Below are positions 56,660 through 64,000 of a stretch of DNA of 64,000 nucleotides, in pieces. Every line of letters begins with the position of its first letter. Position 1 is the stretch's first letter. The position numbers and the translations under genes are program-made. The notes under the pieces were generated by a model that was not told where the DNA came from, did no database searches, and saw only the letters and a list, made by a program, of their open reading frames with translations. The stretch is from contig OZ253442.1 of the NCBI GenBank assembly GCA_965261085.1, positions 2,016,001-2,080,000 of the forward strand, read 5' to 3'. This DNA is from a bacterium. Its GTDB lineage: Bacteria; UBA8248.

Positions 56660-57379
56660 ATGGAATTGATCGATTTGAGCATGGAAATATACCGGGACAT
56701 GCCGATATACCCCGACCTGCCCGGCCCCTCCCTCACCGTCGATGAGGACTGGGACACCGTGGCCCGGCGGACCGGGGCCATCAACTACGGCGCCGACATC
56801 GTGACAAACCACTGCGTCATCTTCATGAGCGACCACACGGGGACGCACATCGACTCCCCCTGGCACAACAACCCGGACGGTTTCACGACCGAGCGCATCC
56901 CGATCGAGTGGTGCATGTCTGACGGCGTGGTTCTCGATTTCACCGACAAGGAGTCGGGCTACGCGATCACGGCGGCGGACGTGGAAGGCGCGCTCCAGAA
57001 GATCGACTACTCGCTCAAGCCGCTCGACATCGTGCTCATCCGCACCGACGCGAGCGTGGACTGGCAGACGAACCCCGACTACACGATGAACCAGCCCGGC
57101 ATGAGCGCCGAGGCGACCCACTACCTCATCGACAACGGCATCCGCGTGATGGGGATCGACGGGAGCGGGTGGGACGTGCCGATCTGGAAGATGCACGAAA
57201 CGCGCAGCTACTGGGAGGCCCACCGGGTCATGCTGGAGAAGGACTACTGCCACATCGAGAACATGGTGAACCTGAACCTCATTCCAAAGTCCCACGGGTT
57301 CAAGCTCTCGGTGCTGCCCATCAAGTTCCGCGGCATGTCGGGTTCTCCCATTCGCGCGGTGGCGATCATCGAAGATTAG
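56660..57379 (+). CDS. cyclase family amidohydrolase (kynurenine formamidase/isatin hydrolase fold)
   Basis: HTGTHIDSPWH (HxGTHxDxPxH), MGID, IEN, GSPIRAVA; ATG 56660 after AGGAG. Confidence 0.9.
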   Translation: MELIDLSMEIYRDMPIYPDLPGPSLTVDEDWDTVARRTGAINYGADIVTNHCVIFMSDHTGTHIDSPWHNNPDGFTTERIPIEWCMSDGVVLDFTDKESGYAITAADVEGALQKIDYSLKPLDIVLIRTDASVDWQTNPDYTMNQPGMSAEATHYLIDNGIRVMGIDGSGWDVPIWKMHETRSYWEAHRVMLEKDYCHIENMVNLNLIPKSHGFKLSVLPIKFRGMSGSPIRAVAIIED

Positions 57380-57398
57380 ACTCTGGGGAGCGAATGAA

Positions 57399-58967
57399 AT
57401 GGCGGTAGCCGTTCGCGTCCTCACCGGCGCGTACCACGATTCGGTGAAGCTCATGCGCATCAGCGCCGCCGCCTGCGAGAGGCCGGGCGTTCGGGGGGCG
57501 GTGGTCCTCATGGGCACGCCGATGAATCTGGAGCAACTCGCATCGATCGGACTGCTCTCAGAGGAGGCGCAACGCGCGGGTCCGAACGACCTCGTTCTCG
57601 CCGTGGAGGCGGAGGGCGCGGAGGCGGCGCAAGAAGAACTCGCCGTCATGGAAGCGGCGCTGAGCGCGCCCCGCGTAGCCACAGGAGCGGGATTGTTCGC
57701 AAAACTCTCCGCACCGACGCTTGACGCGGCGCTCGGGAAAGACCCTCTCATCAATCTGGCCCTCTTCTCGATTCCCGGTCCAAGCGTGCGGCGCGAGGCG
57801 GAGCGCGCGCTTAGTAAAGGCCTCCACTGCCTCATCTTCAGTGACAACGTGCCCGTCGAAGACGAGGTGGCGCTCAAGCGCATAGGCCGCGAGAAGGGTT
57901 TGCTGGTGATGGGTCCTGACTGCGGAACGGCGCACATCGGAGGCGTCGGCCTCGGGTTTTGCAACGTCATGCGGCCTGGGAAAATCGGGATCGCGGGCGC
58001 GGCGGGAACGGGGATTCAGGAGGCGATGGCCGCCATCGACGCTGCAAGAGGCGGAATATCGTGCGCCCTCGGCACCGGAGGACGTGACGTCTCGGACGCG
58101 GTCGGCGGCCTCGCCATGGTTCAGGCTATTGAAACTCTTAGCGAAGATACGGCGACGGAGGTTCTCCTCGTTCTCGGAAAACCGCCCGAGGCGGCGGCGA
58201 TGAAAAAAGTGCTCGAAGCGGCTGGGCGGTGTACGAAGCCCGTGGCCATACACTTCGTCGGGGCCCAAGCCGAGGATATACGCCGACACTCCGGTGAGCA
58301 TCCCCATCTCTACCCTGCCGATTCGCTGGCCGGGGCAGGGAAGCTCGCCGTTTCACTCCCGGGAGGGCCGGCCCCTGCAATGACGCCGGAAATCAATCCC
58401 GAAACACGGGAGAAAATCGCCGAATGGCGCCGCGCGCGCACGAAAGGTCAGCGATTCCTGCGCGGCGTCTATACGGGGGGAACGCTGTGCGCCGAGGCGC
58501 AGGCGATCATCGGAAAAACCGTGGCGGGGATTCGCTCCAACGCGCCCATAGGTAAAGCCGGCGGCAAGATGGCCGACCCCATGAAATCACAAGGCCATGC
58601 GGTCGTGGACATGGGCGATGACCTCTTCACGCGGGGAAAACCCCATCCCATGATCGAGCCTGAGCCGAGAAGCGCCCGTATACTCCAGGAAGCGCAAGAC
58701 CCCGAAACGGCGGTGGTGCTCTTCGACGTGGTGCTGGGGCTGGGTGCGCATGAAGATCCGGCGGGAGAAGCGGCGAAGGCTGTAGAGAAAGCGCGCGCCT
58801 CTCATCCCGGTGTTTTGTTCATCGGCTCGGTAACGGGCACCGAGGGCGACCCGCAGGGTTTGAATGCCCAGCGCGCCAGATTGAAAGAGGCCGGCGCCCT
58901 CGTGGCGGATACGCACTTAGAGGCGTGCCTCGCCGCCGCCGCCGCACTCGAGGGTTTGAACGAATGA
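57399..58967 (+). CDS. fdrA: FdrA (AllF)-like succinyl-CoA-synthetase-fold protein
   Basis: YHDSVKLM, MGTPMN, FSDNV, MGPDCGT, GTGGRD, GGTLCAEA, DMGDD.FTRGKPHPMI. Confidence 0.9.
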   Translation: MAVAVRVLTGAYHDSVKLMRISAAACERPGVRGAVVLMGTPMNLEQLASIGLLSEEAQRAGPNDLVLAVEAEGAEAAQEELAVMEAALSAPRVATGAGLFAKLSAPTLDAALGKDPLINLALFSIPGPSVRREAERALSKGLHCLIFSDNVPVEDEVALKRIGREKGLLVMGPDCGTAHIGGVGLGFCNVMRPGKIGIAGAAGTGIQEAMAAIDAARGGISCALGTGGRDVSDAVGGLAMVQAIETLSEDTATEVLLVLGKPPEAAAMKKVLEAAGRCTKPVAIHFVGAQAEDIRRHSGEHPHLYPADSLAGAGKLAVSLPGGPAPAMTPEINPETREKIAEWRRARTKGQRFLRGVYTGGTLCAEAQAIIGKTVAGIRSNAPIGKAGGKMADPMKSQGHAVVDMGDDLFTRGKPHPMIEPEPRSARILQEAQDPETAVVLFDVVLGLGAHEDPAGEAAKAVEKARASHPGVLFIGSVTGTEGDPQGLNAQRARLKEAGALVADTHLEACLAAAAALEGLNE

Positions 58968-60382
58968 GCGGAAAAAAATTACTGGAGGGCGTCCGCGTCG
59001 CGAACGTCGGCGTGGAGTTGTTCGCGGAGAGCTTGGCCGCACAAAACGCCCCCGTGGTGCAGGTGGACTGGCGTCCCCCCGCCGGAGGAGATACCGAAAT
59101 GATCGAGCATCTCGACCGATTAGCGGTTTGCGATGCGGCCAACGACGTCGCCATCGAGCGTCTTCAGGCCGCAAGGCCCGTATGGGTGGACTTAAGCGTG
59201 GCCATCGACGAGATACCCGGCATGGGCGAGAGAACCCTCCTACACTCGGGCCCGCCCATCACCTGGGAGCACATGTCGGGGCCTCTTAAGGGCGCGATGA
59301 TAGGGGCCGCCCTGCTGGAAGGCTGGGCGAACGATGCGGAAGCGGCGGAAAGACTCTGCGCGAGCGGAGAAATCACTTTCGAGCCCTGTCACCACCATTC
59401 CACGGTGGGGCCTATGGCGGGCGTGGTATCGCCCTCGATGCCCGTGAGCATCATCGAAAACCGCGCGCCCGCTGAACTCGGAGGCGGCGGGAGGACCTAT
59501 TGCACCTTAAACGAAGGCTTGGGCAAGGTGCTGCGCTACGGCGCCTATTCCGAGGACGTGCTGGCGCGCCTTAAGTGGATGGCGGACGAACTCGCTCCCG
59601 CCCTTGGCTCGGCGGTGCAAGCGATGCCGGATGGCCTCGACATCAAGAACGTCATCGCGCGCGCCCTGCACATGGGCGATGAGGCGCACAACCGGAACCA
59701 CGCGGCGACGGGGACGGTGGCCCGCGCCCTCATGCCCTATCTCGCGGATTCGGTGAACGATACGAAGGTCATTTCCCGCGTGGCGGAATTTTTCGCGGGA
59801 AACGATCACTTCTTCCTGAATCTGGCGATGCCCGCCGCCAAGGCGAGCCTGGACACCATGGCGGGAATTGAAGGCTGCTCCCTGGTCTACACCATGGCGC
59901 GCAACGGGACGGATTTCGGCATCCGGGTCGGCGGTCTGGGAGATGCGTGGTTCACCGCACCGGCGAAGCATCCGGTGGGGCTCTTCTTCCCGGGCTATTC
60001 CCAGGAAGACGCAAATCCCGACATCGGCGATTCGGCCATCATGGAGACGCTGGGCGTCGGGGGATTCGCCATGGCCGCGGCGCCCGCCATCGTCGCCTTC
60101 GTGGGCGGCTCGACGGCGGAGGCCTTTCAGGCGACGAACGAGATGTACGGGATCACCTGGGCGCGGAGCCGGGACTACACCCTCCCCGTATTCGATTTCG
60201 CAGGGGTTCCGACCGGCATCGACGTCCGCAAGGTGATCGAGACGGGCATCTACCCCAACATCAACACCGGAATCGCCCACAAGGACGCAGGCGTCGGGCA
60301 GATAGGCGCAGGCGTTCTCCGCGCGCCCGAAGAGCCGTTTCAAAAGGCCTTCGAAGCCCTCGCCGGGAAGATGGGCGGGTAG
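58964..60382 (+). CDS. DUF1116 / YlbE (AllG)-like protein
   Basis: N-terminal VDWRPPAGGD module; LLHSGPP, PCHHHSTVGPMAG, MGDEAHNRN, FFLNLAM, MARNG, DIGDSAI, INTGIAH, GQIGAG; ATGA overlap with fdrA. Confidence 0.9.
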   Translation: MSGKKLLEGVRVANVGVELFAESLAAQNAPVVQVDWRPPAGGDTEMIEHLDRLAVCDAANDVAIERLQAARPVWVDLSVAIDEIPGMGERTLLHSGPPITWEHMSGPLKGAMIGAALLEGWANDAEAAERLCASGEITFEPCHHHSTVGPMAGVVSPSMPVSIIENRAPAELGGGGRTYCTLNEGLGKVLRYGAYSEDVLARLKWMADELAPALGSAVQAMPDGLDIKNVIARALHMGDEAHNRNHAATGTVARALMPYLADSVNDTKVISRVAEFFAGNDHFFLNLAMPAAKASLDTMAGIEGCSLVYTMARNGTDFGIRVGGLGDAWFTAPAKHPVGLFFPGYSQEDANPDIGDSAIMETLGVGGFAMAAAPAIVAFVGGSTAEAFQATNEMYGITWARSRDYTLPVFDFAGVPTGIDVRKVIETGIYPNINTGIAHKDAGVGQIGAGVLRAPEEPFQKAFEALAGKMGG

Positions 60383-60460
60383 CGGGAAAGTCCTTACCTG
60401 ACCAAGGAAAATCACTCTCACCTTGAAGATCAACACCAATTGAAGAATGAGAATTTACGG

Positions 60461-60490
60461 GTGATGCGGGAGGTCAAACCCTCCCGCATT
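60461..60490. terminator. hairpin between convergent genes
   Basis: atgcgggagg-tcaaac-cctcccgcat; weak T-tract. Confidence 0.45.
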
Positions 60491-60549
60491 GGTCGGGCCA
60501 AACGCTCGCCCCGCGCTCTCGTTAAACATTCCCTCTTCGGTCGGGTTTA

Positions 60550-60828
60550 CTACCTGGTTCGCTCGATGAGTTCGCGCAGGGACGCCATGGACTCCTCGTG
60601 CCTGCGCCCGGACTCTTCATCCCTGCGCCGGGATTCGGCCATGAACTCGTCGTGTCTGCACTCGGAATCGGTCATCGTCTCCGCGTGTTTGCGCTCGGAG
60701 TCGGTCGCTCGCATTTCGGCGCCCTTCGCCATGGTGCGGATGCCGTAGTAGATCAGCGCGAGACCGCCGTAAGAGGCAAGGAGGTTCATGAGAGCAATGG
60801 TGAGGTTGAAGTGTTCATACGTCGTCAT
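60550..60828 (-). CDS. small membrane-anchored protein with 11-aa charged repeats
   Basis: Hydrophobic N-terminal helix, then SERKHAETMTD / SECRHDEFMAE / SRRRDEE / SGRRHEESMAS; GGAG RBS. Confidence 0.6.
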   Translation of the reverse strand: MTTYEHFNLTIALMNLLASYGGLALIYYGIRTMAKGAEMRATDSERKHAETMTDSECRHDEFMAESRRRDEESGRRHEESMASLRELIERTR

Positions 60829-61050
60829 GCGTTTTCTCCGTGGCGACGGGTCCCTCAGACGCCTCGTGATGCTTATGACTATAAAGAAGGCGCGCGCGTT
60901 TCGTCAATTCCCTCTCTTCCCGGTCGAATTTGATGGGAAACAACGGAAGGCGAAAGACAAAATCCCTGGGCTCCGTATTCCCTCCCTCTCCGATCGGAAA
61001 TAATGCCGGAATGACGAGAAAATGCGAAAAACACTCCCCCATCGCCGAAT

Positions 61051-61079
61051 TTGACAAAAAATCACCCAAGCAATACGAT
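61051..61079 (+). promoter_or_regulatory. sigma70-type promoter
   Basis: TTGACA-17 nt-TACGAT. Confidence 0.6.
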
Positions 61080-61405
61080 TTAATGAATTCACCATAAAGA
61101 ACCTGATTCAAGATAGCCTTCCTGCAAGACACCAGGAGGCACTTGTAGATGGATTTCCTCTCTCGCTCACGAAGGCCATCCTCTCTAAATCCGTCCGTGA
61201 GGTCTGCGGGCGACAAGCCATCTTCCACATCAACTCCATCGGCTCACCGGCCTTCGAGTCGCGTGAGGCAGGGAAAATGACAGCCAGACATATAAGTCCG
61301 CCACCAGGTTCCCGGACGGGAACATTTCTTCTTCTCACCAAGGGCCGCAACCCCCCGAAGTTTCCGGAGTCGGCGGCACGGACCCTTTATCATGGAGGAA
61401 ATACG

Positions 61406-62623
61406 ATGAGCGCACGCATGAAACGAGGGCTTTGCATATTTATCGGGCTGGCGTTCGCCCTGGGCGTCGTTCTCTCCGCCGCGCCCGCCCAGGCGGCGAA
61501 GAAGCCGGTCGTCATCGGAGTGGCCATCGCACTCACCGGCAAAGTTTCCAAATCCGGGAAACTCACCCTTCGCGGGTACGAGATGTGGCAGCGCGAGGTC
61601 AACGCGCGGGGCGGACTGCTCGGCCGCAAGGTCGTGCTCAAGGTCTATGACGATGAGAGCAACCCCACCACCGGGGCGAAGCTCATCGAACGCCTCATCA
61701 ACCGCGATAAGGCGGAAATCATTTTTGGCCCCTTCAGCAGTCCGGTCACCTACGCGACGAGCACCGTCACCGAAAAATACAAATTCCCCATGATCGCGGG
61801 CGGCTCCAGCAGTTCCAAGCCGTTCTCCCGGGGCTACAAGTATCTCTTCCAGGTGATGCGGGTGAACAACGACGCCCTGCTCGGCAATCTCTCCCTCTTG
61901 AAGGAAAAGGGCGCGAAGACCATCGCCATCATCCACTCGGCCAGCATCTACCCCTCTTCTCTCGCCAGAGGGGTCCGGAAACTGGGCGAGAAGCTCGGCT
62001 TCAAGGTGGTCTCGGTGGACAAATACCCCCCAAAGACCACGGACTACACCTCGCTCCTCTTAAAGGCGAAGGCCCTGAACCCCGACGTCCTCTGCCTGTT
62101 CGGCTACTACCCCGACGGGCTGGCCATCTCCAAGCAGGCCAAGGAGATGGACGTCAACCCCCGCCACCTGAACGTCATGCTGGGAGCTTCGTATGACGAG
62201 TACGGCTCCAAGAAGGGCGTGGGGCTGGATTCGAATTACGTGAGCGGCTACACGGGCTGGGAGCCTTTCATGAAAACGCCGGGCAACAAGGCGTTCGTCA
62301 AGAGGTATTTCGATGAGTACAAGGACGACCGCTTCATGGACGCGCACGTCACCTACGGCTACATCGTCGGCCAGGTGATGGAAAAGGCGGTGAAAAAGGT
62401 CGGCTCGTTCGACAGGGATAAAATCCGCGACGCGATCGCCGCGATGAAGTTCGACAGCATGATGCCGGGGCAGTTCCGGGTCGATCCCGAGACCGGCATG
62501 CAGGTCGGACACCAGTGGGCGGCCTTCCAGTGGCAAAACGGAAAAAAGGTCATCGTATGGCCGAAGAGCGCCGCCACGGGCAAGTTCATCTACCCCACAC
62601 CCAAGTGGAGAGGAAGAAACTAG
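61406..62623 (+). CDS. branched-chain amino acid (Liv-type) ABC substrate-binding protein
   Basis: Signal peptide; NARGGLLGRKV, YDDESNP, GPFSS, QWQNG...VWP; GGAGG RBS before ATG 61406. Confidence 0.9.
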   Translation: MSARMKRGLCIFIGLAFALGVVLSAAPAQAAKKPVVIGVAIALTGKVSKSGKLTLRGYEMWQREVNARGGLLGRKVVLKVYDDESNPTTGAKLIERLINRDKAEIIFGPFSSPVTYATSTVTEKYKFPMIAGGSSSSKPFSRGYKYLFQVMRVNNDALLGNLSLLKEKGAKTIAIIHSASIYPSSLARGVRKLGEKLGFKVVSVDKYPPKTTDYTSLLLKAKALNPDVLCLFGYYPDGLAISKQAKEMDVNPRHLNVMLGASYDEYGSKKGVGLDSNYVSGYTGWEPFMKTPGNKAFVKRYFDEYKDDRFMDAHVTYGYIVGQVMEKAVKKVGSFDRDKIRDAIAAMKFDSMMPGQFRVDPETGMQVGHQWAAFQWQNGKKVIVWPKSAATGKFIYPTPKWRGRN

Positions 62624-62725
62624 CCGCTCCCCGGAGGGTGTGAACAAGTGTGATTTGATCGTCGTCGGCCCGCCTACCGCTCCCGGGCGGGGGGCGGGCG
62701 CCGACGCACGAGGAGAACGTGCGCC

Positions 62726-63604
62726 GTGAGCCTGGAAATAATGCCGCTCATGTTCACGCAGGCCGTCATCAGCGGCATGTTGATGGGCGCGGTCTACGCC
62801 CTCCTCGCCCTCGGCCTCACGATGGTCTTCGGCGTCATGCGCGTCATCAACATCTCACACGGCGAGATGCTCATGCTGGGAGCCTACGTGAGCTTCTGGC
62901 TCTTTCACCAGTTCGGCCTGAGTCCCCTGCTGGCCATACTGGTCGCCGCCCCGCTCATGTTCGCCGTCGGGGCGCTCATCGAAAAGGGGATCATCGAAAA
63001 AGTCGTCGAGGACATCGAGACGAACTCCCTCCTCGTCACCTTCGGGGTCTCCATCTGCATCGTGAACATAACCATCTGGCTGTGGACCACCGACTTCAAG
63101 GCCATCCCCTACCTCTCGGGCTCTTGGTTCTACGGCTCGCTGGTGTTTCCAAAACCCCGCTTGGTGGGCGCGGCCTTCGCCCTCGCGCTGACGGCGCTCG
63201 TCTACTTTTTTCTCAAATTCTCCCGCCTCGGCAAGGCCATCCGCGCCACGGCCGGCAGCCACGATCTGGCGGCCACCTGCGGCATTCACGTCAAGCGCAT
63301 CTACTTCGTCACCTTCGGCCTGGCGAGCGCGATGGGCGGAGCCGCGGGCGTGCTGGCGAGCATCATGTTCGCCATCTACCCCGAGATGGGCGAATCGTTC
63401 CTCATGCGCTCGTTCACCGTCATCGTGCTCGGGGGGATGGGCCACGTCATGGGGGCGGTGCTCGGCGGGATGGTTTTGGGGCTGGCGGAGGGCATCGGCA
63501 GCCTCTATCTCAGCGGAGAGGGCGGGGGAGCCATCTCGTTCGCCATTTTACTGCTCATCCTCATCTTTCGCCCTTCCGGCCTCCTGGGCCGGCGGGAGGA
63601 ATGA
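62726..63604 (+). CDS. LivH-type ABC permease
   Basis: YALLALGLTMVFGVMRVINISHGE, GKAIRA, VLGGMG, RPSGLLG. Confidence 0.92.
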   Translation: MSLEIMPLMFTQAVISGMLMGAVYALLALGLTMVFGVMRVINISHGEMLMLGAYVSFWLFHQFGLSPLLAILVAAPLMFAVGALIEKGIIEKVVEDIETNSLLVTFGVSICIVNITIWLWTTDFKAIPYLSGSWFYGSLVFPKPRLVGAAFALALTALVYFFLKFSRLGKAIRATAGSHDLAATCGIHVKRIYFVTFGLASAMGGAAGVLASIMFAIYPEMGESFLMRSFTVIVLGGMGHVMGAVLGGMVLGLAEGIGSLYLSGEGGGAISFAILLLILIFRPSGLLGRREE

Positions 63605-63611
63605 AGCGCAA

Positions 63612-64000
63612 GTGAAAAAATACGCCCTCATCATTCTCGTGCTGGCCGCGCTTTGTCTCTACCCCTACTTCATGGGGCCTTATTTCATATCCATGGCGCT
63701 TTTGATCTTCATGTACATCAGCCTCGCCGGAAGCTGGAACATCATCTCGGGCTTCGTGGGCTACGTCTCACTCGGCCACGCGGTGTTCTTCGGGGTCGGG
63801 GCGTATCTGGCGGCGCTCCAGATAACGAACTTCGGAACCCACTGGCTGCCGGCCTCCCTGCTCGCCGGCGTGGGGACGTCCCTGCTGGCGGTGCCCGTGG
63901 GGGCGCTCTGCCTGCGCCTCAGGGGGCCTTTTTTCGCCATCTTCATGCTCGGGCTGAACGAGCTGATGGCCATCGTCGCCTCGGTGTACGACAACATCAC
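63612..64000 (+). CDS. LivM-type ABC permease, N-terminal part (runs off window end)
   Basis: Not in the ORF track. Hand translation from GTG 63612 gives ...SWNIISGFVGYVSLGHAVFFGVGAY...LRLRGPFFAI. Confidence 0.85.
   Translation, partial: MKKYALIILVLAALCLYPYFMGPYFISMALLIFMYISLAGSWNIISGFVGYVSLGHAVFFGVGAYLAALQITNFGTHWLPASLLAGVGTSLLAVPVGALCLRLRGPFFAIFMLGLNELMAIVASVYDNI

Noticed and set aside
55370-57970. 866-aa minus-strand ORF
   Set aside because: It is an antisense/alternate-frame shadow of the cyclase, fdrA and permease genes, Arg-rich and without motifs.

Overview
GC-rich bacterial chromosome segment, probably from an uncultured heterotroph or mixotroph rich in transporters and catabolic genes; taxonomy cannot be fixed from the sequence. 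No rRNA, tRNA or CRISPR array was seen. Layout: (1) 1-10.4 kb, an island-like region with cupin/TrmB genes, a complete 2-hydroxyisobutyryl-CoA mutase operon (hcmB-hcl-meaH-hcmA), an inositol-3-phosphate synthase-SAM methyltransferase fusion between ~285-bp direct repeats, and an integrase remnant. (2) 10.6-15.5 kb, a core-like block (EamA, pentaheme cytochrome c, yajD, aroA, FmdB, tenA, tag) bracketed by inverted AT-rich elements. (3) 16-18 kb, vapBC and a low-GC TIR + Zn-ribbon gene pair. (4) 18-30.5 kb, a minus-strand catabolic operon of paralogue pairs (MBL x2, acyl-CoA synthetase x2, TauE x2, amidohydrolase), interrupted by a nuclease-like gene and by a LysR + lipoprotein cassette with 95-bp direct repeats. 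(5) 33-43 kb, a TAXI-TRAP / VOC / 2-hydroxyacid dehydrogenase / citrate synthase / aconitase / PrpF operon. (6) 43-49.5 kb, Qor, an internally deleted thioesterase, a CoA-transferase, a hydrolase and an EamA pair among palindromic repeats. (7) 50-60.4 kb, cyanuric acid hydrolase + BMP-type ABC transporter + cyclase + FdrA + DUF1116. (8) 61-64 kb, a Liv-type ABC transporter. Best candidates for undescribed biology: the cyanurate/FdrA/DUF1116/cyclase locus, the Ino1-methyltransferase fusion cassette, the TIR/Zn-ribbon pair and the recombinase-free repeat-bounded cassettes. All family calls come from motif recognition, not database searches.
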